Shown: one piece after another, positions 1 through 10,331 of the stretch
Layout: each line of letters starts with the position of its first letter
Numbering within the stretch: the stretch's first letter is position 1
Assembly (NCBI GenBank): GCA_000388065.2
Contig: KB932203.1
Reading direction: 5' to 3' (one strand)
DNA: 20,210 bases
DNA from: Fonticula alba ATCC 38817
Taxonomy: Eukaryota; Protista; Nucleariida
Notes under the pieces: generated by a model
The model's input: only the letters and a program-made list of their open reading frames with translations
Database searches by the model: none
Told to the model about the DNA's origin: nothing
Translations under genes and position numbers: made by a program

Positions 1-64
1 TTGCTCACCTGCCGCGGCCCCTCCCTGCCTTTCGTTTCCCCCTCCCCCCTCCCCGTCCCCCTAG

Positions 65-2876
65 CGCCACTGCTTCAAGGAGGTCCCCTCACTGGCCAAT
101 CTGATGCCATCGGACTACTTCGTCTGCGCCATCGACGATGATACATCGGTCCCCCTGCGCGTGGAGTTCACCCGGTTCCTGCGGTCGTCGCCTCTGCTGC
201 AGAAGGCCCACGACGCTGGGGTCCCACTGGAGTTCAGCATCGAGCCGGCCGCCTCGGTCCTGGCCAACCCCAGCCTCTTCCAGTCGCCTGGCGGGACTCC
301 CAACCGCCGGCTCACTCCGGCGGCTCTTTCTCCCATCTCCTCGACGCCCGAGCTCCCCTCGCCGGCACCGGTCGCCGAGCCGGAGCCCGCCACTGTCGTC
401 GAGCCCGCCGCCGAGCCGGAGCCCGCCACTGTCGTCGAGCCCGCCGCCGAGCCGGAGCCCGCCGCCGAGCCGGAGCCCGCCGCTGCCGTTACCACCCCCA
501 CCGAGCCCACCCCCACTCCTGCTTCGGAGCCGCTCGCCTCGGCAACGGCCACAGCCCCGACGGCAGCGACCACGGCTCCTGAGCCGGCCCCGGCCTCGGA
601 GCCGGCCCCCATCGTCACCACCCCCACCGCCGACCAGCCGCCGGCCAAGGGCCCCACCCCCGAGACCCCGTCGCCCCCCTCCCCGGAGCCGGAGCTCGAC
701 TATGCCCAGATGATCATGGACTCCTTCGCGTCGCTGATCTTCAGCCCCACCACCGCCGAGGCCGGCATCGAGCTGGCCTCGGTCGATTCCGACTCCGAGG
801 GCGAGCCCATCGCCTCGCCCACCAGCTCCGAGGCCCTGGACAGCCCGGACCTGGCCCTCATGCCGCCTCCGGCCCCGCAGGTCACCATTACCATGGCCTC
901 GCCCACCAATGACGAGCCCCAGGACAAGGAGGCCGCCCCGACCGTCGGCGAGGTGGCCGGACCGGTGGACTCCCCGGAGCCGGTGGTCGTGCGCGCCCCG
1001 TCGTCGGCCATCGCCCCGGCCGCTTCCACTTCGGATTTGGTGGGCCTCCCCTCGGGCAGCCTTTCCGATTTGGAAGGCTCCCACTCGCGGCTGAACCACC
1101 TGTCCGATGGGGCCTCGCCATCCGGGTCCAGTGCCGGTGGGTCGCCGGCCCCGGGGGCAGCCGGCCCCGGGGGCGCGGCCGATCTCCGCCGCAGCCGCAG
1201 CATGGTCGGCCGGCGCCTGCGCCAGTCCATGGCCGCTGTGGGGGATGTGCTGGCCCTGCCGACGTCGGCCCCGCCCTCGGCCCCGCCGTCCAATGCCGCG
1301 GCCGTTCTCCTGGCCGACACGTATGCCACCTCGGTCATGCGCCAGGCCCGGGTGTTCCCGGTCAATCCGCTGGACCCCACGGCCCAGGCGTGCTTCTTCA
1401 CGCCCTTCTTCTCGCCGCCCCCGCCGCCGACCATGTCCGCCGAGCAGTTCGACGGCCAGGCGTCCGATGCCGCGCGCCTGCGCAGCAAGAGCAGCAACTC
1501 CATCGACCGTGCGTTTGTGGGTCCCCTTTTTGGGGCAGTGTCGCTGTCATCACTTGCTTGGGGTGGTCGGTTGGTCGGTCGTGTATAATGTTTTTGCGCC
1601 CCCTTTCCCTCCTGTCTCCTGGGACTGACTTTTCCTCGCCCTGGCGCACCGGTGCTTCTCGCCTCTCTCTCTCTCTTCTTCGCTCTCTCTTCCTCTCTCT
1701 TCGCTCTCTTCCTCTCTCTTCCTCTCTCTTCCTCTCTCTTCGCTCTCTCCCCCTCCCTCTCCTCCTCTCTCCCCCTCCCTCTCCCCCTCCCTTTCCCCCT
1801 TCCTGCTCATCGCCCGGACACACCGCAGAGGAGGACGATTTCGATTCATCTTCAGCCTACGAAAGCTGCGACGAGGACACAGGGTCCAACAAGTTCCGCA
1901 GCAAGACCAAGCAGCGCCTCCGCCGGACCCGCTCGCAGCTGGTCAGCATGATGGGCTACAACCATTCGCGCAGCTCGTCGGAGTTCGAGGGCGGCATCGG
2001 GCCCGATGGGGCGCTCATGTCGCCGGGGCGCATGTTCGACAATGCCGCCCTGGCCGAGCAGTCGCTCCCCGAGCGTGTGCTCTTCCGATCTAACAAGTTC
2101 CGCAGCAAGACCAAGCAGCGCCTCCGCCGGACCCGCTCGCAGCTGGTCAGCATGATGGGCTACAACCATTCGCGCAGCTCGTCGGAGTTCGAGGGCGGCA
2201 TCGGGCCCGATGGGGCGCTCATGTCGCCGGGGCGCATGTTCGACAATGCCGCCCTGGCCGAGCAGTCGCTCCCCGAGCCGCGGCCATTCATCTTCGGCAC
2301 CCGGACCCTGACCATCAATGAGCCGCCCCCGGCCGGGTATGTCCACCCGGCGGCCGACCTGCAAGTGGCCTCCCAGCATGTGGCCTACCGCGAGGGCTGG
2401 GTCCTGCAGCGCCCGCTGCCAGCCGAGCTGGTCGGTGTCCCGGCCCCGGGGGCCGACATGGATCTCGGTGTCAAGGGGGGCCTTCCTGCCGGCGCGACGC
2501 TGTCCCACTCGACCAGCACCAGCAGCATGTCCACCGTGGCCGGGTTGGGCTCTTCGCCGCCGCTGTCGCCGCCGCCCTCGCAGCGTCCCTCCTCCTCGAC
2601 CACGCCGTCGCTGAGCCCGGCCACGCCGTTGCCCCCGGCCCTGGGCGGCGGGGGGACCGCCACCGGTGGGTCCCTCACCCCGCCGGCCACCGAGGCCTCC
2701 AGCCCGCAGGCCGGCCCGGTGGACGCGGACTTCCCCACCACGCCCGTTCCCCCGCGGTTGAGCATTTCCATCACACCGAGCCTGCTCCTCGGCCAGTTCC
2801 AGATCCACTTCAACGAGTACACCGGCACCAAGGTCCTGCGCGAGCAGTTCCAGCCGTCGCGTGGTACGCACACACG

Positions 2877-2907
<31 letters not shown>

Positions 2908-4924
2908 GCACACGCGCCCGCCCGCCCGCTCGTCTGCCTGCCTCATTTGTTGCTCACACCCATGCGCACACGCATCCCTGGGCCCCGCAGACACCCGATA
3001 CATTCTTGGTCTGCACTCGACCGTTGGGCCCATTTTGCTGGCCGTTGGCACCGACAGCCTGGTGTCCGGCCGGCGGGACTCCCTGGCCACCAGCTCCTCG
3101 CTGTCTGGCTCGCAGTCGAGCATCTCCTCGGCCGGGCTGGCCTCCCCCTCGACCCCGGTGTCGGCCAATGCCGGCGGTGGGCCCATCTACTCCGCTTCGA
3201 CTGGCCAGCTGCTGGTGACCAGCTCCCCCTCGAGCGACGCCCTGGCCGGGCTGAATCTCTCTCGGCCGGCGTCCTTCCTGCGCATTCTCCTCCANNNNNN
3301 NNNNNNNNNNNNNNNNNNNNNNNNNNNNNNNNNTCCGCTTCGACTGGCCAGCTGCTGGTGACCAGCTCCCCCTCGAGCGACGCCCTGGCCGGGCTGAATC
3401 TCTCTCGGCCGGCGTCCTTCCTGCGCATTCTCCTCCGCACTCCGGCCGGCGATGACCTGATCATGCTCCCGGCCTCGTACCTGAAGACTTCGCTCATGAG
3501 CAACAAGATCAGCGCCAAGCAGCTGGTCCGCGCACTGGACCCCAAGTTCTCGGAAATGGAAATGCTCTACGAGGTGGAGAAGGAGAAGGACAAGGAAGCG
3601 TACGTCTTTGGGCGGGAGAGGGGGGGGGGGAGGGGGGGATCTTTTTGTGCCTCCTGTCCGGCCCGCGCCGGCCGCTGCCCGTTGACGACACGCCTCTGAC
3701 CGCCCTGTGCATCCGGTCTGGCCCAGCCTTTACAAGCAGCTGGCCACGCTGGAGACCCAGCAGGACATCCGGACCTACAAGTTCGGCGCCCTCTACGTCA
3801 AGGACGGCCAGGTGGCCGAGGAGGACATGTTCAGCAACCAGCACGGATCGCCGGCCTTCAACCGCTTTATGTCGGTCATCTCCGACCGGATTGAGCTCAG
3901 CGGGTGGTCCAAGTTCCGCGCCGGCCTGGATGTCAGCGGTGGTGCGTCTGCGGCTCCTCCCTGCCTGGCACATCCATCCGCCCGCTGATCGAGGCAGGGG
4001 TGGACGGGGGGGGGGGGGTGCTGCCGTCTTTTTTCCTCCCGCCACACCATGCCCCGCAACTGACAACGCGTATTTGCCACATTCCTACGCGCGCGCGCGC
4101 GTGTGTGTCTGCGTGTACCAGTCAACACCACCGGCACGCACTCCTACTACACCGTGTACGAGGACCTGGAGGTGATGTTCCACACCTCCACCGAGTTGCC
4201 CTACCGCACGACCGACCGTCAGCAGCTAGAGCGCAAGCGCCACATCGGCAACGACATTTGCATCCTGGTGTACCGGGAGAATTGCACCGAGCCCTGGATC
4301 CCGTCCACCGTGGAGTCGGACTTCATCCGTGCGTGTGGCGACCCCTGTCCCCCTCTCTCCCTCCCTCTTCCCCTTCTCCCCGCCGCCACCGGCTGTGCAT
4401 ACGCACGTCTATCATGCCGCCGATCGCCCTGTATCCTGACGCGTGCTGCCCCCCCCCCCCCCCCGTCCCTGGCCGCATCGGTACCAGATGTCATCCTGGT
4501 GGTCGATGCCAAGGTCGCGGACCCGGAGAACCCGTGCGACGAGACCGATGTCTATTCGCTCTCGTGCGTCTGCAAGCAGGACGTCGCTCCGTTCAGTCCC
4601 CCTCTGAGCGACTCCTACGTCTACTCGCGCAGCAACCCCGAGCTCCTCCGCAACGTGGTCCTGTCCAAGCGTGCGTGCTCCGGCCCCTCGCCCCTCTCTC
4701 TTTTGCAGGCCGATCTCCCCCCCCCCCCTACTGGGACTGACCCCCCTCCTCCCCCATTCCCGTCGCACACACCCTTTTGCCCGTGCGCGTGTCTCTGTCG
4801 TGCGGCAGTCATCAACGGAGAAAACACCTCGATGAAGGCCCCGGTCTTTGCCAACAAGATGCGCCGCACCAAGCAGGCCGTCTACAAGAACATCGTTGTT
4901 TCCACTGCGCCCCCCAAGTCCTAA
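65..4924 (+). CDS. Rap1GAP-type (Rap/Ran-GAP domain) GTPase-activating protein, 5'-partial, spliced
   Basis: Exons 65-1508, 1829-2863, 2991-3599 (spans N gap), 3727-3941, 4122-4328, 4488-4670, 4809-4924 (TAA). All introns are GT..AG with consistent phases. After collapsing two artefactual duplications the visible part is 1153 aa. RapGAP motifs: RILLRT, YKFGALYVKDGQ..EEDMFSN, FRAGLDV, MFHTSTELP, QQLERKRHIGND (Asn-thumb motif), SDFIHV, KLINGEN, RRTK. An acceptor (ctag, 61-64) precedes exon 1, so more exons lie upstream of the window. Confidence 0.93.
374..481 (+). repeat. Coding minisatellite (2 x 36 bp plus 2 x 18 bp) encoding AEPEPATVVEPA / AEPEPA
   Basis: gccgagccggagcccgccactgtcgtcgagcccgcc at 374-409 and 410-445; gccgagccggagcccgcc at 446-463 and 464-481. 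Confidence 0.9.
1660..1800 (+). repeat. Intronic CT-rich low-complexity tract with ~10-bp units
   Basis: Repeated tcctctctct / tcgctctctc units inside RapGAP intron 1509-1828. Confidence 0.8.
1888..2278 (+). repeat. Exact 187-bp tandem duplication separated by adapter sequence (assembly artefact)
   Basis: 1888-2074 is identical to 2092-2278; the 17-nt spacer is gtgtgctcttccgatct. Confidence 0.92.
2074..2091 (+). other. Illumina TruSeq-type adapter remnant
   Basis: cgtgtgctcttccgatct matches the 3' end of the adapter/read-2 primer ...AGACGTGTGCTCTTCCGATCT. Confidence 0.92.
3191..3436. other. 39-N gap (3295-3333) flanked by duplicated 103-bp contig ends
   Basis: 3191-3293 is identical to 3334-3436. 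The 143-nt offset causes a false frame change, and collapsing it restores the RapGAP ORF. Confidence 0.9.
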
Positions 4925-5473
4925 TGCGGTGGTGGCCGGCAGGGGGGACGCGCCCCCTTCGCCTGCGCCGCGGCCCGGAGGGGGGGGGGGCCTGGGAGGC
5001 CAAGGAGGGGGGACATGCGCACGCCTGCGCGCCCCTCTTTCCCGTTCTCTCTTTCTCCCTCCTCCTCCCCCCTCCTCCTCCCAGCCGCATACCAATGACA
5101 CGTGTGCGTGCTCCCCTCCCCCTGTTCCAGTTCGAGTCAACCCCTCGAACACACCGTCCTTGATATTTTCCATACACACACAGCCACTCTAGTAGACATG
5201 CCCGGGTGCCGGGGCGCAGGGAGAAGCCCAGCAGGAGGGAGGTTCTCCGCGGGCGGGGGGCGAGGGGGGGGGGAATAAAGCCCGGGGGAAATGCCCGTGG
5301 TAGTTGCAGTGGCAAGAGGGGGAGGGGAGGGTGCACCCTCGGGGAGGGGGGGGGAAGAAACGCCGGTGCCGCTGGCCGGGCCCCGCATTCTCTCGCCACA
5401 CAACACGGGGGGGGGGGGGCGGGGGTGTCGGTCGCCGAGGCCCCCCCGGCGGTCTGGAGCGTCCAGGAAGGCC

Positions 5474-5483
5474 AACCAATCAG
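5474..5483 (+). promoter_or_regulatory. Candidate CCAAT (NF-Y/HAP) box
   Basis: AACCAATCAG fits the RRCCAATSR consensus in an AT-richer intergenic island upstream of the BCS1-like gene; motif match only. Confidence 0.3.
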
Positions 5484-6169
5484 TGCGAGCAACGTCCCTG
5501 TTCCATATATGCCAACGAATCGACACCATCCGCCATGACCGTCTCTTCCTTCCCCGGACCGGGCCCGGCAACCCCCGCCCCCCCCCCCGGGGGGGGGGGA
5601 ACGAGGGAGAAGGAACGGCGACGGCCGTGGCAACGGCGGGCCAGGCGCCGGTGTCCCTGTGCACGGGGCGGCCTGAGGCCCGCACTAGTCATTATTGACT
5701 GCAGCCGCCGCCCGCCCGGTCCCCCTCCTCCTGTGGGGCCGCGGAGGGGGCCGTCGGCCGCGCGCCTCCGCGTGCGGTGCCCGGATGGAGGGCGTGGCGG
5801 CACACGATGGGCGCGCGCGCGCGCGCGCCCGGACCACGGCAGACTGTCCCCGCCTTTGCAGCGGCCAGCCGGGAGATTGGGCTGGCCTTGGGTCGACGCG
5901 TGCCCGGCGGCTTTTCGGCGATCGACCCCCCCGCCCAGTACAGATCGTCCCTGTCAGATCCCTCCCCTGCTCCCCCTCCCCTCTCTGCCCCCCTCCATCT
6001 CCCTGTCCCTCTCTCTCTCTCTCGCGCGCACGCGCGCACACATACACACACGTACCCACGAGCAGCGCGCACACTCGCGAGCACGAGCACACAGACCCCC
6101 CCATACACACAAGGCCCAGTGGGATCGCACACCTGCTGCCGTGGACACAAGCCCGTGCGTGCTACTGGC

Positions 6170-6174
<5 letters not shown>

Positions 6175-6200
<26 letters not shown>
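6175..6200 (+). repeat. (AC)13 microsatellite
   Basis: Direct reading; lies in candidate intron 6155-6246. Confidence 0.85.
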
Positions 6201-6253
6201 GGAAAGATGGGCACACAGAAAGACAAACTCACACCATGCATCACAGCACTTCT

Positions 6254-8820
6254 ATGCGAAGGACCCTACGTGCGGGCTTGCTCCTGCTCGGGCTGGTGGC
6301 CCTGCTGGCCGGCATGACCGCCGGCCAGCACCACCCCGCCGCGGCCATGGGCGTCCTGAGTGGCCATGCCAAGGGCAGCAGCCCCGATGATCTGGTCGCT
6401 CAGATTGCCACGCACCAGCAGCAGGCCTTCCTCATGGCCGCCAGCGGGGCCGATCAGCCGGATGGCATTCCCCCCCCGGCGGCCGGTGGCCAGCCGGAGG
6501 GCTGCCAAGCGCGCGGCCCCCGAGCCGATGCCACCGGGCCCGGGGCCGACACAACCGGGCCCCTGCTGGCTGCCGGGCGCCTGGCGCTGCTTCCCCTGCT
6601 GGCCATGGCGCGCTTTGTGGGGAACTTCTCCCGGACCTTCGTGGACTCCCTGTCGCAGGCCCTCTCCTCCTATGTGTTCGCCTCGTCACTGGCCCTGACC
6701 CTGGCCGGGATTACCACCGCCGCGGCCACCACCGCCCTCGGGTCCATCATGCAATGGGCCAAGCGCACCTCGCTGGCACTGATGGCCCGCGGCACCGCGG
6801 CCACGGTGCGCGTCAATCGCGGGACCCTCTACTACGGGCCCCTGGTGACCTGGCTCTCGCACCATGGCCACACCCAGGCCCGGCGCTTCCACTACGAGCC
6901 GGCCGTCATGGGCGGCGGACCCGGGGGCGCCGGCCCGGTCGGGCCGCCGGGGTCGGCCTCATCGCGCGGCGGCCGCCCCCAAGCCCGGACCCTGGCCGGC
7001 GATGTGACCAGCGTGACATTGGTCAGTGTGGCGCACACGCGCGAGACCTTCCGCGTGTGGCACGAGGGGACCCTCTTCTGGGTGAGCGTCCCGCCGGGGA
7101 TCCAGTGCGCCCCGACGGCGGCCCTGATCGACAGCCAGTCGCCGCAAGTGGCCACCGGCCCCGGGGATGGCGGTGGCGGCGGCTCCCATCGGGCCCGGCC
7201 CGGGCTGGGATTCAGCATGCCCGGCGGGCAGCCGCCCCTCGGGGTGGCGGACATCGGGCCGACACCGGCCCGGGACAACTTCGCCCTGGGGCCGGATGGC
7301 GGGTCGGCCGGTGGCCCGGGCGGCATCGGCGGCCCGGGCGGCGGGTCGGCCTCGCTCGAGGGCACGGCGGCCATCGAGCTCCGGGCCTTGCGCTTTGACG
7401 GGCGCGCGGCCCATGCTGCCCGGTCATTGCTGGCCGAGGCATGGCGCCTGCATGCCGGCCTCTTCCGGGATACCCTGCCCTTGGTGGAGATCTATGTGGC
7501 CCGGTCGTTGGGGGGCCAGGTGACCGGGCCGTCGCCGGCCGGCAGCGCGCACCAGCGCCGCGCGGTCAACACCGTGTGGGACTGCCTCGGCCGCCGGCGC
7601 CCCCGGTCGCCGGAGTCTTTGCACCTGCCGCGGCGCATCTTCGCCGGGCTGGTGGAGAATGCCCAGCGCTTCCTGGCCGATGGCGAGTGGTATGCCGCTT
7701 GCGGTGTGCCCCACCGGCGGGGTACCTGCTGCATGGGCCCCCGGGCACCGGCAAGACCAGCACCATCATGGCCTTTGCCTCGGTCATGCGGCTGCCCATC
7801 TGCATCTTGAACTTGAATGCCTGTGGCTTTGGCCAGGATGGCTCCGACGCCGGGGGCGACCTGACACGGCTGCTGTCCTCGGCTCCGGAGCACTCGATCC
7901 TGGTGATCGAGGACATTGACGCGGCCATGCGCGATGCCACGGTGGAGGATGACCCGGCCACGGGCGGGGCGGCCACTCCCGGCGGCATGCCCGGCCCCGG
8001 GGCCGATGCCCAAGAGACGACCCCCATGCCGGCGGTTCGCCGCCGCCGGCCAGACCCAGGGTCCGGCTCGCGGCTGGTCCTGTCGGATCTGCTCAATGCC
8101 CTGGATGGCCTGGCCGCGCCGGAGGGCCGCATCGTCTTCATGACCACCAACCACTTCGAGCGCCTGGACCCGGCCCTCGTGCGCCCGGGGCGCGTGGACA
8201 ATGTCATTGTCTTTGAGCATGCCCGGCGGTCGCAAATCCGCAAGATGTTCCGGTGGTTCTATGCCGGGCGTCGGGCCGAGCTGCCGGTCCCGGTGGATGC
8301 CGGCACCCGGATGGCCGCCCCCCCGGCCAGCGGCGCGGAATCCGACTCGGACTCCGACATGTCGGCCATCGGCGAGCTGCCCGGCATCCTGGAGGTGTAT
8401 GCCTCGGACAGTGAAGATTCCGACTCCGAGGCCGAGGCCGAGGAGGAAGAGGACCAGGTGCCGGGGGGCGACGAGGCCCGACCTGTCCGGCGGTCGGCCG
8501 CCGCGGCCGGCGGCCGGACTTCCCGGCCGGACCGCACGCGCCCCACCCAGCAGGGTCTCCTCTCGCAGGAGGAGCTGACCACCCTGGCCGGGCGCTTTGC
8601 CCGGGCTCTCCCCAGCCGGCGCCTGTCCATGGCCACGGTGCAGGGGTTCCTGCTGGACTACCGCGGCCGGCCGTACGAGGCCGTGCGTCGGGTGCACCTG
8701 CTGGCGGCCAAGGCCTCGCCGGCGGGGCCCCATCACCGGGCCCTGCCGAGTGCCGGGCGCCGCCCCACCGAGCGCCTTGATGCCGGCCTCCTCCAAGTGG
8801 ACGACGACTTGGACAACTGA
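6254..8820 (+). CDS. BCS1-like AAA+ ATPase (TM anchor, BCS1_N, AAA) with a 1-nt frameshift at 7719-7722; start codon uncertain
   Basis: First frame gives a BCS1-like TM/N region (YVFASSLALTLAG; YYGPLVTWLSHH) and ..RFLADGEWYAACGVPHRRG. The next frame continues YLLHGPPGTGKTS (Walker A), ILVIEDIDAA (Walker B), SDLLNALDG, IVFMTTNHFERLDPALVRPGRVD (SRH) and LSMATVQGFLLDYRGRPYEAV, ending at TGA 8818-8820. About 855 aa if one G is restored. Whether it is the BCS1 orthologue or a paralogue is not established. Confidence 0.88.
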
Positions 8821-9717
8821 CCTGGCTTTCGCGCGCCCTCCTCCTTCCCCTCCCGTCTCTCACCGGAAAGGGGGAGAGCCGGGAGGAGGAGGAGGAGCAT
8901 CCGACCACGATGTTTGTCCTTGGGCCGCGGCGCGGGCATTGCGCGCCCTCCGGCTCCCCCCTCCTCCGGGAGTCTGACGCCTGTGCCTCCCCCTCTCGGG
9001 GGCCGCGGGGGCGATCGGGGGGGGGGCGGGGGCCGGCAGGGGCACGCAATATACGCCCTCAGGTGCCCTCTAAAATAATACACGCACGAGTGATGACCCC
9101 CCCCCCCTCCCCTCTTCTCCTCACCACGGTCCGCCTCCTCCGCCGCCTCTACGCCCTCGCCGGCAAGAGGCTTACAGACCATCCGTGCTGAAGATCCATG
9201 CGACAATCTACGCCTTGATCATGTGTGCGACACGCGGAGGTACTCAAAAATGGGCGCGACCCTGCCCTGACGCGGGAAGAGGGCCTTGTGCTGTGGCGGC
9301 GGCAACCCCCGGCCCGGGCCCCGTGCAGGGCGCGGCGCGAACGGGAGCCGAGCCTCGATCTCCCCGCTTGGGACGCACGGTGTGTGCATGTCTCGTGTTG
9401 GAGGAGGGAAGAACAAGGTGTCATATGCGGGGCAGCGCCCAAGATGTATGGAGGGGGAATAAAAAATACTCACTTCGGGACCGAAAAAGGAAGTTGTATG
9501 CTGGCCAGCGGTTCGTCGGGCGTCCCTGTGCTCTGTCCCCCGCCCCCCCTTGCTCTTGGGCCGGCCTTCGCTCCCAGGGCGGGGGCCCCCCGGGAAAAGG
9601 GTGGACTGCTGCCTGCCCCCCTTGCGTCACCGTCAAGCGCGCGTGTGTGGGTGTGTGCGTGCATGGGTGAAACACACGACGCCCTCCGCCCCATGAGGCT
9701 GCAGGCAGTGCCCGTGC

Positions 9718-9743
9718 GTGTGTGTGTGTGTGTGTGTGTGTGT
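9718..9743 (+). repeat. (GT)13 microsatellite
   Basis: Direct reading, intergenic. Confidence 0.85.
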
Positions 9744-10331
9744 CGTTTCCGTCCGGGGGCCGGCCGGCGGGTCTCATGAGTGTGGCGCCGTTGGCCACGC
9801 TTGGTCCTTCGAGGGGATGACGGGGCGGGGGCGCGTGCCGAGGGGCGCGCACGCACAGTGCCAGACCGTCGCCGCGCGCGCGTGCGGGGTGCCCTTCGAC
9901 GGGCGGGGGCTGGTTGCCGTGCGCTCTGCGGGAGGGAGGCTGCCGGCATCGTGTGGCGGTTCTTTTGGCTGCCCCCGCACCCGACGACAACACCTCTCCC
10001 ATGTTTCCGGGTGTCTCTCCGGTGTGTCGGGCGGACGCGGGTCAGCGGCGGCGGCGGCCCCCCCCCCCCCTCCCTGACCGGCCCCGCGGCGGGGCTGGGG
10101 AAGAAGGGGGGCCAGTTGCGGCCCCGTGCGCGGCTTGCCCCTCCGGGGACTCGGCTTGGGTGTGCTCCTCCCCCCCCTTGGGCCGGCTGCCCTGGTCGCC
10201 GGCGCTCTGTCTGGGGATTTTTCTGGGGCTTTTTCAACCCCTCCCCGGCAGAGGGGGATCCCTCTCTGCATCAAGTTCATTTTGTTGGTGCATTGTCCAT
10301 CTGATTTCTCTTCGGTGGTTCTTTTTTCATC

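Noticed and set aside
89-1099. 336-aa minus-strand ORF, and similar ones at 1852-3186, 7492-8796 and 18627-19934
   Set aside because: Antisense shadows of real GC-rich coding exons, with no recognisable motifs.
1888-2278. Genuine internal domain duplication in RapGAP
   Set aside because: The copies are identical and the spacer is Illumina adapter sequence.
5130-5138. tRNA T-loop-like gttcgagtc
   Set aside because: Flanks do not form a T stem and there is no cloverleaf.
7711-7730. Programmed -1 ribosomal frameshift in the BCS1-like gene
   Set aside because: No X-XXY-YYZ slippery heptamer. A missing G in a homopolymer is the simpler explanation, but this is not excluded without reads.
9421-10002. 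Small myristoylated protein on the minus strand (MGEVLSS|AYNFLFRSR..)
   Set aside because: The acceptor at 9501 is purine-rich with no branch point, and no downstream exon gives a credible protein.
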